Notes: a model not told the origin generated them from the sequence alone. Shown: positions 29,306 through 41,200, numbered from the stretch's first letter. The stretch: 64,000 nt of DNA from an uncultured Clostridia bacterium (GCA_944393265.1 CALXZO010000001.1:31158-95157), one strand, 5' to 3'. Program-made: numbers and translations.

Positions 29306-32300
29306 ATGAAGAAATTTAGATATGCAATTGCTATAGTTACACTGCTTTTAGTAATTTCCATATTTTCTTGTGTGTTTGCAGAAGAAAGAGAAGTGGAGGT
29401 TATAGAAAATTATGGAGGCGCTATATCAACTGAGTGCGTGCCTCAAGGAGAAACGGTAAGAGCTGTGATGACACAATCAGGGCCAGTGGCTCAAGAACCG
29501 TTTATAGATAGCAATGGTGTGCGCCGAGAAGCAGGTACATTACTTATATCAAAAGAAGAAGATGGTACAACTGGTAATATGCGTGAAAAAGACTCGACTA
29601 CTTTCAATTCGCCCGACATTGCTGGTAACGATGGTGAAACTTTGGAGGTTGAAGTACTAGCTCCTTTTAATGTACGAAATAATAATGGCGAATATGTTTC
29701 ACCAACTTTTGAGGTTGAGGTATATACAGGAGGAATCTATGCTGATGAACAGAGTTTTATAGATAAGATAAATGAGAAACAACATTTGTGGTCCCAAAAT
29801 GGCAATGAGCCTTGGACAGTTGAATCATATAAAGAATATTGGGGAAAAAGAGCCGGTATAGACACGGGTAATCTTTGGAGATTATATGATGAATCTTATA
29901 GTGATTCCGTTACACTCAACATAACATTTCAAAATGGTAAGGCTGTCGTAGAGTTGCCAGATGGAATGAGTGAAAATCTCATGTTAGCGATTACTGGAAT
30001 CGGTGACGGAGAAAAGATTATAACACTTAATACTTTTGAAAGACTTTACTCGGTTATGGGTGAAGGAGAAATGACATGGGAAGAATTTGCAGAACTATAT
30101 GACGAGTATTTAGAAGATCTTGAAGAAGCTCTTCGGAGATGCGTTTGGAGGTGGATCTCCTTCGGCAGGAATATGGAGCGATTATGAGGTGGCGGAAGTA
30201 TCTGCTTATGTTGGAAGTGATAAATATGATGTGTCTGTGGCCATACCAACAAGCGAGGAAGTGTCAGGAAGTGTGACAGCGAGTGATATGAGTTGGTATT
30301 ATTCAATAATTAAAATGAGTGATAGTAAATCATATACGATAAATGGTATAAGGATATATTATAATCCGAGAGAAAGGATTGTAAGAAACTCTAGTGGTGA
30401 AATAGTAAGGCGTGAGACTAGATGGGATTCAGATACTGTAAGTGTTGAGGGAACATATTCTACACATTATTTTGGCGTTCAATCTGCAGAATTAAATTCG
30501 CGTTCTTCTGCAAGTGTTTCAAATTCAGCAGTTGGAACAATCGCGACGCTGGGTAGTGCTAACGTTACAGGAAGCCTTACAAGAGACGGAGGAATTGTTT
30601 TTGAAGAAAGTTTAATGAACACGAGTTCTTTCAGCTCTTATGGAGATACTAGAAGTGCTGCAATAAGTAATGCAAAAAGTACTATTGCTGATAGAATAAG
30701 GGAAGCATCATATGTAAAAAATGATTCATTAACTATGAATGGAACAACTGTACTTTCAGGAGTAACTGAAAGGGGAGAGCAATTTGGAGGTACGCCATAT
30801 GACTATCCATCAAGTTTAACTAGCCCATCGTCAGGCAAAGATACAGCAAGTGGAAAGAAGGTAATACCAGAAGATAAACTAAATACTATATATGCTAGTT
30901 CAGCTTCTGCAAGATATGTGCCTGTGGCTGGGTTTGATGGAAGACCAACATATACGAAATCAGCATCACCATCAGCAATTGTTGTACATACACCGGTTGT
31001 AAATATGGCTGAAATAACACAAGTTAGTGACTTTATAAACCAAAAGATAAATATAGATTCGAGTAAAATATATTTAATGTTAGATAAAGATTTTACTATA
31101 ACGATACCGAATGACGGGGTTCACAGAACTGATGCAAGGGGATATGGTGCTAGAACATATAATAGTTATCAAGCAACAACTGCAGGACAGGGAGACTGGG
31201 GAAAGATAAAAGATGTTAAGTTACCATTTGATGCATACCTACACCAAGGAGAAGAAAGAATTCTAGTTAGCGCTAATAAGTGGCTGAGCGAATTGGGGTT
31301 AGCTACTGCTACGAATACATATACATTTACAATACCAGTGTGGGCACAAGAAGGCGTGCATACGATAGAAACAAGAGTAATAGCGGAAAATGCTCCAAGC
31401 AATGATGAGGCTGCTGGAGAAGGAGCAAACTTATTAATGATGCAATATGTCGCAAGCAAAGATATTTCTGTAGAAATTATAGGCAAGATATATGACTTAA
31501 GAATTTCATCGACAAATGATCCTGCTTGGGAAGAAATAAAAGGAGAGGATGGAAGAAATTACATAGTGGCAGAGGAATTCCCATTTGGGCAAGAAGGACA
31601 GAATGCAAATACTGTTTATAGATTTGCACCGAAATTAGGATATAGCATAGGTTTTGACTTTAAAACAAAAGGTATAAAGAGTAATAATGTAGATATTAGT
31701 GTACAGCCAGAAGGATTCTATTTCGTAAGTAAAGATGGTGGACAAGCAGAAGAAGTAGATTTATATTATCACACTGTAAATAATTCATATGTGAAAATAG
31801 AACCTGGAAATGAGAATGTTAATTTGATTGTTAATTTATCAAATTCATATATGAAGGTGCCAATAGAAGAATTAATGGATTCAATACGAATAATGAAAGA
31901 AAAGATAGGTGTGTCATATACGTATTCGCAAAATGTAAATATTGGGTCATTCCCAACATTAAAGGTTCCAGAAAACTTAAGACTTTGTTATGATAATTTT
32001 GCAGAGTATGTTGGAAGTGGATTATATAGAAAATCTCAGAGTGCTATTTCAGAAGACGCAAAAAATGGCTTTATATATGATACAAAAGACAAGTGGAGCA
32101 AATTATTAGGAAACGGAGAATATACTACAATAGCATCGGTAGGACATTGGCATGTAGCGTACAGGCTTCCTGCTTCTACTGTTGTTGTTGATAAGGGAGT
32201 GACGAGAGAACAATTAATAAACAATCCTGATTTGGCAAAAACAGGCGGATATGTATTAGTTAAATTTGATATAGTAACAAATTATGATGAGTATCCATAT

Positions 32301-32510
32301 TTAAAATATGATGGACCAGAATCATTATCAGAAGGTGGAGAATATATAGAAGACGAAGATGGTGTTGAACTAGATTGGGATGATGGAGATACGAATCATA
32401 AGATTACTTTACCTAACGGCGAGCCTGCTGATGTACCAATAGGAACAGTTGGAATATTTGATCTTGATCTTCGTTCAACAAATGATTATGAAACAGAGGG
32501 AACACATTAA
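29306..32510 (+). CDS. Large secreted/surface protein (~1067 aa); needs a +1 shift at CGG 30134-30136; C-terminal domain paralogous to 46112..51572
   Basis: Signal-peptide ORF joins the downstream ORF, which has no RBS of its own (EEAL|GDAFGGG). Ends in STNDYETEGTH*. Confidence 0.8.
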
Positions 32511-32536
32511 AAATAATGATATTTAATACGAAACAA

Positions 32537-32565
32537 TTGACAATTTGACTTTATGTTAATATAAT
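32537..32565 (+). promoter_or_regulatory. Sigma-A promoter of the glyQS leader
   Basis: TTGACA-17 nt-TATAAT. Confidence 0.75.
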
Positions 32566-32582
32566 GACAGTGTATTATAATT

Positions 32583-32786
32583 GCGATGAAGAAGAAGAGT
32601 AGCTATTTGAGATTTTTTAGAGAGCTTGCGGTTGCTGAAAGCAAGTAAATCTTACTAGTGAATGGAGCTTTTGAGCAAGCTGGATGCGTAGAGAGAATAA
32701 TCGTTTGATTATTAATTAGGGTGGAACCGCGGAATATATAATTTCGTCCCTAGGCTATTTTGAAAATTAGCCTAGGGATATTTTTT
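32583..32786 (+). promoter_or_regulatory. Glycine T-box riboswitch with terminator (specifier probably GGA)
   Basis: T-box AGGGTGGAACCGCG at 32718-32731. Specifier-loop segment GAAT-GGA-GCTTTTGAGCAA. Terminator gtccctaggcta / tagcctagggat plus T-run. Lies upstream of glycyl-tRNA synthetase. Confidence 0.92.
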
Positions 32787-32812
32787 AGGCTAAAAAATAG
32801 GAGGTTATTCGT

Positions 32813-34201
32813 ATGGTAGAAAAAACAATGGAAAAAATAGTTAATTTATGTAAAGCAAGAGGCTTTGTGTATCCGGGGTCAGAGATATATGGAGGTCTAT
32901 CTAATTCATGGGACTTTGGACCACTTGGGGCGGAGCTTAAGAGGAACATAAGAGATGCATGGTGGCAAAAGTTTGTTAAAGAAAATCAATACAATGTCGG
33001 ACTAGATGGCGCTATTATAATGAATCCACAAGTTTGGGTAACAACTGGGCATGTATCTAGTTTTAGCGATCCATTAATAGACTGCAAAGCTTGTAAAACA
33101 AGACATAGAGCAGATAAACTAATAGAAGAATGGACTTTTAAAGAAGGAAAACAACTTTCAGGATTAGATGCCTGGTCAAATGAAGAATTAGTTAATTATA
33201 TAAAAGAGCATAATATAGCTTGTCCTAATTGCGGAAAGGCTGATTTTACTGATATTAGAAAATTTAATTTAATGTTTAAGACTTTTATAGGTGTAACTGA
33301 AGATGCAAAATCTGAGGTGTATTTAAGACCGGAAACTGCTCAGGGAATATTTGTTAATTTCAAAAATGTTCAAAGAACAACACGTGGCAAGATGCCGATG
33401 GGGATTTGTCAGATAGGACGTTCTTTCAGAAATGAAATAACACCAGGCAATTTTATTTTTAGAATAAGAGAATTTGAGCAAATGGAACTAGAATTTTTTT
33501 GCAAGCCAGGAACTGATTTAGAATGGTATGAATACTGGAAGGACTTCTGCAAAAAGTGGCTTTTGAGTATTGGAATAAAGGAAGAAAGCTTGAGAATGAG
33601 AGAACATTCAAAGGAGGAACTTTCATTTTATAGCAAAGGAACAACAGATATAGAATTTTTATTTCCGTTTGGTTGGGGTGAGTTATGGGGAATTGCTGAT
33701 AGAACAGATTATGATTTAAAGAGACATATGGAAGCATCGAAGGAAGATTTAACGTACTTAGATCCAGAAACAAATGAAAGATATGTGCCATATTGCGTTG
33801 AACCATCAGTAGGAGTAGAAAGAATATTTTTATCTGTGATTTGTGATGCATATGATGAAGAGGAAATTGCAGAAGGAGATGTTAGAACAGTTTTACACTT
33901 ACATCCAGCCCTTGCACCTTTTAAGGTTGCTGTGTTACCATTATCTAAAAAATTAGCAGAACCAGCAAGAAAAATATATGATAAATTAATTAAGAAATTC
34001 AACTGTGAGTACGATGATGCGGGTAGTATAGGAAAAAGATACAGAAGAGAAGATGAGATAGGAACTCCATATTGTGTAACCGTTGACTTTGACACATTAG
34101 AGGATAATGCTGTTACTGTAAGAGACAGAGATACAATGGAACAAGTTAGAATCCCAATTGATGAGCTTGAAAGCTATATTGAAGAAAAAATAAAATTCTA
34201 A
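32813..34201 (+). CDS. glyQS: Glycine--tRNA ligase (alpha2 type)
   Basis: [36 protein letters not shown] and [16 protein letters not shown] motifs. Confidence 0.97.
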   Translation: MVEKTMEKIVNLCKARGFVYPGSEIYGGLSNSWDFGPLGAELKRNIRDAWWQKFVKENQYNVGLDGAIIMNPQVWVTTGHVSSFSDPLIDCKACKTRHRADKLIEEWTFKEGKQLSGLDAWSNEELVNYIKEHNIACPNCGKADFTDIRKFNLMFKTFIGVTEDAKSEVYLRPETAQGIFVNFKNVQRTTRGKMPMGICQIGRSFRNEITPGNFIFRIREFEQMELEFFCKPGTDLEWYEYWKDFCKKWLLSIGIKEESLRMREHSKEELSFYSKGTTDIEFLFPFGWGELWGIADRTDYDLKRHMEASKEDLTYLDPETNERYVPYCVEPSVGVERIFLSVICDAYDEEEIAEGDVRTVLHLHPALAPFKVAVLPLSKKLAEPARKIYDKLIKKFNCEYDDAGSIGKRYRREDEIGTPYCVTVDFDTLEDNAVTVRDRDTMEQVRIPIDELESYIEEKIKF

Positions 34202-34224
34202 AGATAAGAAGATTGGAGGATAAT

Positions 34225-35235
34225 ATGCCGTCTTTAAAATATTTATTAAAAAGAATTGCAACCATGAGCTACAAGGGTATGTTTGATAGAATTAATATCG
34301 TACACGATAAAACAAAAAAGCCTAAGTTTATAATCTTTTGTGATATGGTATGGTGTGGTATAAGATATGGTGCAGGCTATGTAGATTATGACGTAATAGG
34401 ATTTTATAAGCTAACGTCAAAGCAAAGAAAGACTATGCTTACACGAGGCATTAATAACAAATTTGTAAAAGAACTAAATGAAAAAGACTATTGGCATTTA
34501 TTTAATAATAAGAATGAATTTAATGAAATGTTTTCAGAATTTTTAAAGCGCGAGTGGATATATCCCGTTAGTAAGAAAAAAGAAGAAACGCTCAAATGGA
34601 TGAGCAAGCACAAAGTATTTTTTGCTAAGCCAAATGATGGACAGTGCGGGAAAAATATAGAAAAGATAGATACTAGCGAGTGGAAAGATAATTTAGAAAA
34701 TATATATGATTATTTATTAGAAAATAAATTAGAGCTTTTAGAAGAGCCCGTTATTCAATGCGATGCTATGAACAAATTAAATCCGAGTAGTGTAAATACG
34801 ACAAGAATGGTATCTGTTATGAATAATAAAGGAGAGGTTACTATACTTGCGACCTTTTCAAGAATTGGAAACGGAAAAGTTGTAGATAATTTTAACAGCG
34901 GAGGAATGACTGCTAAAATTGATGTAGATACAGGGAAAATAATTGAAGATGCTGTAAATAAGGAAGGAAAGATATTCTCAGAACACCCTATAACAGGAAC
35001 TACTATAAATGGATTCCAAATACCATATTGGAATGAAGCAAAAGAGATGGTCAAGCAAGCAGCTAAAAAAAGTATACACGTAAGATATGTTGGATGGGAT
35101 GTAGGAATGAGTGTTAATGGACCTGTATTGATAGAAGGAAATCAATTCCCAGGGCATGATATATATCAAGTGGCAGAAAAAATAGGACCAAATGATATAG
35201 GAATCTTGCCAGAATTTAAAAAGGCAATGAAATAG
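34225..35235 (+). CDS. Sugar-transfer-associated ATP-grasp domain protein
   Basis: NKNEFNEMF, FAKPNDGQCGKNI, SVNTTR, DNFNSGG and VGWDV...LIEGN motifs. Confidence 0.8.
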   Translation: MPSLKYLLKRIATMSYKGMFDRINIVHDKTKKPKFIIFCDMVWCGIRYGAGYVDYDVIGFYKLTSKQRKTMLTRGINNKFVKELNEKDYWHLFNNKNEFNEMFSEFLKREWIYPVSKKKEETLKWMSKHKVFFAKPNDGQCGKNIEKIDTSEWKDNLENIYDYLLENKLELLEEPVIQCDAMNKLNPSSVNTTRMVSVMNNKGEVTILATFSRIGNGKVVDNFNSGGMTAKIDVDTGKIIEDAVNKEGKIFSEHPITGTTINGFQIPYWNEAKEMVKQAAKKSIHVRYVGWDVGMSVNGPVLIEGNQFPGHDIYQVAEKIGPNDIGILPEFKKAMK

Positions 35236-35250
35236 AGGGGATAGATATGG

Positions 35251-35355
35251 TAGATATGGGCGGAGTTTTTGTCTATACTTTTTAAAATCAATTGACATAA
35301 GCCAATATGTTCAACTGTTATAGACAAAAATTCCATCCCCCTGTTTACCCTGTCT
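35251..35355. repeat. Dispersed palindromic element, copy 2 (degenerate)
   Basis: ggagtttttgtctatactttttaaaatcaat...gttcaactgttatagacaaaaattcc aligns with copies 1 and 3. Confidence 0.65.
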
Positions 35356-35369
35356 AAAAAATAAAAGTA

Positions 35370-35397
35370 TTGAATTTTTTTAGATTATTGGTATAAT
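35370..35397 (+). promoter_or_regulatory. Probable sigma-A promoter of ppdK
   Basis: TTGAAT-16 nt-TATAAT with an extended -10 TG. Confidence 0.5.
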
Positions 35398-35461
35398 ACT
35401 TATGGTATTAACTAAACTATTCGTTTGAATAGGGAAGATATAAAAACAAGGAGGAATTTAA

Positions 35462-38095
35462 ATGAGTAAAAAGTTTGTATACCTTTTTAGTGAAGGCGAT
35501 GCTTCTATGAGAAATTTGCTTGGTGGTAAAGGTGCTAACTTAGCTGAGATGACAAAACTTGGCTTACCAGTGCCACAAGGTTTTACAATTTCTACAGAGG
35601 CTTGTACCCAATATTACGAAGATGGAAAAGTTATTAATGACGAAATCCAAAAAGAAATATTTGAGTATGTAGAAAAACTAGAGAAAATAACAGGAAAGAA
35701 ATTTGGAGATAAAGAAAATCCATTGTTAGTGTCAGTTCGTTCAGGTGCAAGAGCATCTATGCCTGGTATGATGGATACAATATTGAACTTAGGACTAAAT
35801 GAAGAAGTTGTTGAAGTTCTTGCTAAGAAATCAGGAAATCCTCGTTGGGCTTGGGATTGCTATAGAAGATTTATTCAAATGTATTCTGATGTAGTTATGG
35901 AAGTTGGTAAGAAATATTTTGAACAACTTATAGATAAAATGAAAGAAGAAAGGGGAATAGTTCAAGACGTTGAGCTTACTGCCGAAGACTTAAAAGAATT
36001 AGCAGAACAATTTAAAGCTGAATATAAAGAGAAGATAGGAACAGATTTCCCTTCAGAGCCAAGAGAGCAATTAATGGGTGCTATAAAAGCTGTATTTAGA
36101 TCATGGGACAACCCAAGAGCAAATGTATACAGAAGAGATAATGATATTCCATATTCTTGGGGAACAGCTGTAAATGTTCAAATGATGGCATTTGGTAATA
36201 TGGGTGAAACTTCTGGCACTGGCGTTGCATTCACAAGAGACCCTGCAACTGGAGAAAAGAAGTTAATGGGCGAATTTTTAATGAATGCACAAGGTGAAGA
36301 CGTTGTTGCTGGAGTTAGAACTCCACAACATATTGATCAACTAAAAGAAGTAATGCCAGAAGTATATGAACAATTTGTTGTAATTTGTGATACTCTTGAA
36401 AATCACTATAAAGATATGCAAGATATGGAATTCACAATAGAAGATAGAAAATTATATATGCTTCAAACAAGAAATGGTAAGAGAACTGCACCTGCAGCTT
36501 TAAAAATTGCTTGTGATTTAGTTGATGAAGGCATGATCACAGAAAAAGAGGCTGTATTAATGATTGATCCGAGAAACTTAGATACATTATTACATCCTCA
36601 ATTCAATAAAGAAGATTTAAAAGCAGCTGAACCAATAGGAAAAGCTTTACCTGCATCTCCTGGGGCAGCCTGCGGAAAGGTAGTATTTACTGCTGAAGAT
36701 GCAAAAGAATGGGCAGCAAGAAAAGAAAAAGTTGTTCTTGTTCGTCTAGAAACATCTCCAGAAGATATCGAAGGAATGAAGGCCGCACAAGGTATTTTGA
36801 CTGTTCGTGGTGGTATGACATCACACGCAGCGGTTGTGGCTCGTGGTATGGGCAAATGCTGTGTATCAGGTTGCAGTGAGATTGCTATGGATGAAGAAAA
36901 CAAAAAATTTACATTAAGTGGAAAGACATATCATGAAGGCGACGCAATATCAATTGATGGTTCAACAGGTAAAATCTATGATGGAATTATTCCTACTGTT
37001 GATGCTACAATTGGTGGAGAATTTGGTAAAATCATGGAATGGGCTGACAAATATAGAGTATTGAAAGTTAGAACAAATGCTGATACGCCTAGAGATGCTT
37101 TAAAAGCTAGAGAGCTTGGAGCAGAAGGTATTGGATTATGTCGTACAGAGCACATGTTCTTTGAGGCTGATAGAATTGCAGCTATTAGAGAAATGATTTG
37201 TGCAGACACAGTTGAACAAAGAGAGAAAGCGCTAGCGAAATTAGAGCCAATGCAACAAAGCGACTTCGAGCAATTATATGAAGCTATGGAAGGATATGGA
37301 GTAACAATAAGATACTTAGATCCACCTCTTCATGAGTTTGTTCCGACAGAAGAAAAAGATATTGAGCTTCTTGCTAAAGCGCAAGGAAAGACTGTTGAAG
37401 AAATCAAGACAATCATCGCTAGTCTTCACGAGTTTAACCCAATGATGGGTCATAGAGGATGCCGTTTAGCAGTAACGTATCCTGAAATTGCAGCAATGCA
37501 AACAAGAGCTGTTATCAAAGCTGCTATAGCAGTATCTAAGAGAAAGAACATAAAGATTGTTCCAGAAATAATGATTCCTCTTGTTGGAGAAGTTAAAGAA
37601 TTAAAATATGTTAAAGACATTGTTTGTGAAACAGCAGATAAAGTAATTGCTGAAGCAGGAGTAGAACTAGAGTATCATGTTGGAACGATGATAGAAATTC
37701 CAAGAGCAGCATTAACAGCCGATGAAATAGCAAAAGAGGCTGAGTTCTTCTCATTTGGAACAAATGACTTAACACAGATGACATTTGGTTTCTCAAGAGA
37801 CGATGCTGGCAAGTTCTTAGGAGCTTACTATGATAAGAAGATATATGAAAATGATCCATTTGCTAAAGTTGACCAAGTAGGTGTTGGTAAATTGGTAGAG
37901 ATGGCGGTTAAATTAGGAAAGCAAACACGTCCAGATATTAAGCTTGGTATTTGTGGAGAACATGGAGGAGATCCTTCTTCAGTAGAATTTTTCCACAAAG
38001 TCGGATTAACATATGTATCTTGCTCGCCATTTAGAGTACCAATAGCACGTTTGGCTGCTGCACAAGCTGCTATACGTGATACACTAAACAAATAG
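35462..38095 (+). CDS. ppdK: Pyruvate, phosphate dikinase
   Basis: LLGGKGANLAEM, GGMTSHAAVVARG (phospho-His) and GICGEHGGDP motifs. Confidence 0.98.
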   Translation: MSKKFVYLFSEGDASMRNLLGGKGANLAEMTKLGLPVPQGFTISTEACTQYYEDGKVINDEIQKEIFEYVEKLEKITGKKFGDKENPLLVSVRSGARASMPGMMDTILNLGLNEEVVEVLAKKSGNPRWAWDCYRRFIQMYSDVVMEVGKKYFEQLIDKMKEERGIVQDVELTAEDLKELAEQFKAEYKEKIGTDFPSEPREQLMGAIKAVFRSWDNPRANVYRRDNDIPYSWGTAVNVQMMAFGNMGETSGTGVAFTRDPATGEKKLMGEFLMNAQGEDVVAGVRTPQHIDQLKEVMPEVYEQFVVICDTLENHYKDMQDMEFTIEDRKLYMLQTRNGKRTAPAALKIACDLVDEGMITEKEAVLMIDPRNLDTLLHPQFNKEDLKAAEPIGKALPASPGAACGKVVFTAEDAKEWAARKEKVVLVRLETSPEDIEGMKAAQGILTVRGGMTSHAAVVARGMGKCCVSGCSEIAMDEENKKFTLSGKTYHEGDAISIDGSTGKIYDGIIPTVDATIGGEFGKIMEWADKYRVLKVRTNADTPRDALKARELGAEGIGLCRTEHMFFEADRIAAIREMICADTVEQREKALAKLEPMQQSDFEQLYEAMEGYGVTIRYLDPPLHEFVPTEEKDIELLAKAQGKTVEEIKTIIASLHEFNPMMGHRGCRLAVTYPEIAAMQTRAVIKAAIAVSKRKNIKIVPEIMIPLVGEVKELKYVKDIVCETADKVIAEAGVELEYHVGTMIEIPRAALTADEIAKEAEFFSFGTNDLTQMTFGFSRDDAGKFLGAYYDKKIYENDPFAKVDQVGVGKLVEMAVKLGKQTRPDIKLGICGEHGGDPSSVEFFHKVGLTYVSCSPFRVPIARLAAAQAAIRDTLNK

Positions 38096-38151
38096 TAGTG
38101 GAGGAAATACATACGAGACTAAAGTCTTTGAAAGATTTGAAACTAGAAAAT

Positions 38152-38181
38152 AAAAAGAGGTTGGAAACGACCTCTTTTTTG
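38152..38181 (+). terminator. Intrinsic terminator after ppdK
   Basis: Hairpin aaaaagaggtt / gacctcttttt. Confidence 0.75.
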
Positions 38182-38308
38182 TTTTGTAATAAGAGCCACG
38201 TTCTACCATTATAAAAGTGAAAAAGTAACTCTTTTCAAATATACGATGTTGTAGTAAAATTACTATAGTTGAAAAAATAAGAGATTAGTCTGAGGGGGAA
38301 CAGAAATT

Positions 38309-39589
38309 ATGAAAAGATTTTGCATATGGCTTGGCACAATAGTGTCTATTATCTTAATTGGCGTCATATTAATATCGTTAGCTTATGCAATTTCTCCCAA
38401 AAGCCTAGAAGAAAATTTAGAAGAAAGTCGTGCTGTTTTTCAAAAAGAGAAGATGTATCAAAAGGTAATTCCAATTATGTACACATCTACTTTAGATAAT
38501 TATACAGATGCATTAATGCTACTAATTGCTTCATATAGAGGCAGCGAGCCTCTTATTGATAAGGGAATGAATAATTACAGGATATATGTAGAAGGGACAT
38601 CACCATATGAACAGATGGCAAATGACTTTTCAAGCGCACCGACAGAAGTAAAATCTTATTACAGATACTGGCATGGATATGTAATTTTTCTTAGACCATT
38701 ACTAGCCATATTTAACTATCAGCAAATAAGAATTATTAATACGATAGTTCACATTATTTTACTTATTACATTGTGTTTATTGATGAAAAAAAACAATCTC
38801 GGGAAATATATTTTCCCTTTTATTAGTGTATATTTAATTATGTGTCCACCAAGTCTTTTTTTGTCATTACAAAATTCTACAATATGGCATATTACCTGTA
38901 TTAGCGTGATTATTTATTTAGTATTTAAAGAAAAGATAGTTGAAAAAAATCTTCACTATTTACTATTTACAGTTGTAGGTATGCTTACAAGTTATATGGA
39001 TTTTCTGACATATCCGAGTGTAACTTTTGGTGTATTAATTATTTTTGTATTACTATCAGAAAATATGACTTTGAAAGAAGCAAATAAGAAGATAATTATA
39101 TCAGGTGCTTGTTGGGTAATTGGATATGGTTTAATGTGGGCTAGCAAGTGGGTTATAGCTTCTATAATTACAGGAAAAGATGTTATTGAAAATGCTTTCA
39201 CAGCAGTTCAAAATAGGTCATCGAATACTATTTGGAATAATGAACAAGTTTCAAGGATAGATGTATTATGGAAAACATTAAGTTTACAGTTTAATGTAGT
39301 TACATATGTCATTTTATGGATAAATTTGGTATATATTTTAATAACGTGTATATTAAACAGAAAAAGATATAGTATGAAAAACATTAAAAGCGTCATTATA
39401 GTAGGTATACCTGTATTATTAATAGCTATAGTACCTATTGCATGGTATCTGATAGTAGCAAACCATACTGTCATTCATCCATTTCTTTCTTTTAGAACGG
39501 CAATACCGCTTTGGCTAGCGGTTTTGTTTATAATATATATGATTATAAATGAGGGGGCAAAAAAATGCGAAAATATGAATGTAAGATAG
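38309..39589 (+). CDS. Polytopic membrane protein, probably a GT-C-like cell-surface glycosyltransferase partner
   Basis: About 10 TM segments, YYRYWHGYVIFLRPL and YMDFLTYP motifs; overlaps the downstream GT2 gene. Function is inferred. Confidence 0.6.
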   Translation: MKRFCIWLGTIVSIILIGVILISLAYAISPKSLEENLEESRAVFQKEKMYQKVIPIMYTSTLDNYTDALMLLIASYRGSEPLIDKGMNNYRIYVEGTSPYEQMANDFSSAPTEVKSYYRYWHGYVIFLRPLLAIFNYQQIRIINTIVHIILLITLCLLMKKNNLGKYIFPFISVYLIMCPPSLFLSLQNSTIWHITCISVIIYLVFKEKIVEKNLHYLLFTVVGMLTSYMDFLTYPSVTFGVLIIFVLLSENMTLKEANKKIIISGACWVIGYGLMWASKWVIASIITGKDVIENAFTAVQNRSSNTIWNNEQVSRIDVLWKTLSLQFNVVTYVILWINLVYILITCILNRKRYSMKNIKSVIIVGIPVLLIAIVPIAWYLIVANHTVIHPFLSFRTAIPLWLAVLFIIYMIINEGAKKCENMNVR

Positions 39590-40492
39590 CTGTTATTATT
39601 CCATGTTATAATGAAGCACTAACTGTTAAGGACGTGATAACAGATTATAAAAAGGCCATTCCGGAGGCAAAAATTTATGTTATTGACAATAACTCTAAAG
39701 ATGGTACAGACAAAATTGCGAGAGAAAATGGAGCAGTTGTTATTTATGAATATAAGCAAGGAAAGGGAAATGCAGTTAAGTGCGCTTTTAGAAAAATAAA
39801 AGCTGAGTGTTATATGTTAGTAGATGGAGATAATACATATCCAACAGACAATGTAAGAGAAATGTGCAATTTAATATTAGAACGGAAGAGCTGATATGGT
39901 GATTGGGGATAGGCTATCATCAACGTATTTTTCTGAAAATAAGAGAGCTTTCCATGGGATAGGAAATAGGCTTGTAAGAAAATTGATTAATATAATATTT
40001 AAAAGCAGAATAAGAGATGTAATGACTGGGAGTAGAGCATTTAGCTATGATTTTGTTAGAGGTTTTCCACTTATATCAAAAGGCTTTGAAATAGAGACAG
40101 AATTGACAATTCATGCGTTAGATAAGAATTACAAAATTGAAGAAATGGCTGTGCCGTACAGAGACAGACCTGAGGGAAGCACATCAAAACTTAGTACAGT
40201 GCGTGACGGAGCAAGGGTATTAAAAACTATTGCAACATTATTTAAAGAATATAAACCAATGTCTTTTTTTGCTATGTGTGCATTATTCCCTTTTATATTT
40301 GCACTTATTTTAGTGATACCTGTTTTAAAAGAATATTTTGAAACGGGACTAGTTCCTAGATTCCCAAGCTTAATAGCATCAGGAGTGTTTTTAATGGTTT
40401 CATTATTAATGCTAGTATGTGGGATAATTCTTGATGTAGTAAATAAAAAGCAAAGACAAATATATGAATTAATAATGAATCAAGATTTGTAA
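39565..40492 (+). CDS. Family 2 glycosyltransferase (DPM1/GtrB-like, two C-terminal TMs); needs a +1 shift at CGG 39883-39885 (~308 aa)
   Basis: IPCYNE, DNNSKD, VDGDNTYP, then LILE|GRADMVIGDRLS, DVMTGSRAF and GFEIETELTIHAL. Confidence 0.9.
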
Positions 40493-40588
40493 TGACAATT
40501 AAAGCAAAGATTATGAAGAACATAATCGAGAGTTTAAGAATAAAAAATATACCTTTGGTAATAATACTTACCAAAGGAGGAAGAAAAT

Positions 40589-41023
40589 ATGAAAGTGTCA
40601 GATATTATGACGAAAGATATGGTAATTGCAGATACTAACGATACAGTTTATGATGTGGCAAGGCTTATGAAGCATCATAATATAGGTGCAGTTCCTATTG
40701 TGACAGAGCAAAATAAAGTGCTGGGGATGGTAACAGATAGAGATATTGTGATGAATATTGCAAAATATAATTTAGATACTGCCAAAACATTAGCAAGTAC
40801 GATAATGTCAGATAATGTGTATAGTGTTAAACCAGATGCAGACGTAGAATCAGCATTACAACTTATGAAAAAACAAAAAATAAGAAGGCTTCCAGTAATA
40901 GAAAACGAGTTCTTGCTGGGAATGGTGTCGCTAGGAGATATAGCTGTAAGTAATGGGTACAAGGAAGAAATAAGCGAAGCGCTAACAGAAATATCGAAGC
41001 CTGCTAAAGTAGAAAATATATAA
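40589..41023 (+). CDS. CBS domain protein
   Basis: Tandem CBS motifs (IGAVPIV...GMVTDRDI; IRRLPVIE...GMVSLGDI). Confidence 0.92.
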   Translation: MKVSDIMTKDMVIADTNDTVYDVARLMKHHNIGAVPIVTEQNKVLGMVTDRDIVMNIAKYNLDTAKTLASTIMSDNVYSVKPDADVESALQLMKKQKIRRLPVIENEFLLGMVSLGDIAVSNGYKEEISEALTEISKPAKVENI

Positions 41024-41027
41024 TTTT

Positions 41028-41053
41028 AAGCAAGGGCATACCTTGCTTTTTTA
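41028..41053 (+). terminator. Intrinsic terminator
   Basis: Hairpin aagcaagg / ccttgctt plus T-run. Confidence 0.65.
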
Positions 41054-41200
41054 AATGATTGTAAGTAAAAATTAACTTAAATTCATATATTCGTTATCTT
41101 AAAAATATTGATAATATAGGTCACAAAATGGACTTGCCATTAGCGGAAATATGTGGGAAAATAAAGTTAAGAAAGATTAGAAATATTAATGAGGTGTACT

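Noticed and set aside
30120-30134. Independent starts for the downstream halves (30120, 39896, 45639, 47796, 59526, 8000, 9173, 9378)
   Set aside because: They lack convincing RBSs and begin mid-domain, so they are better explained as continuations after the +1 shift.
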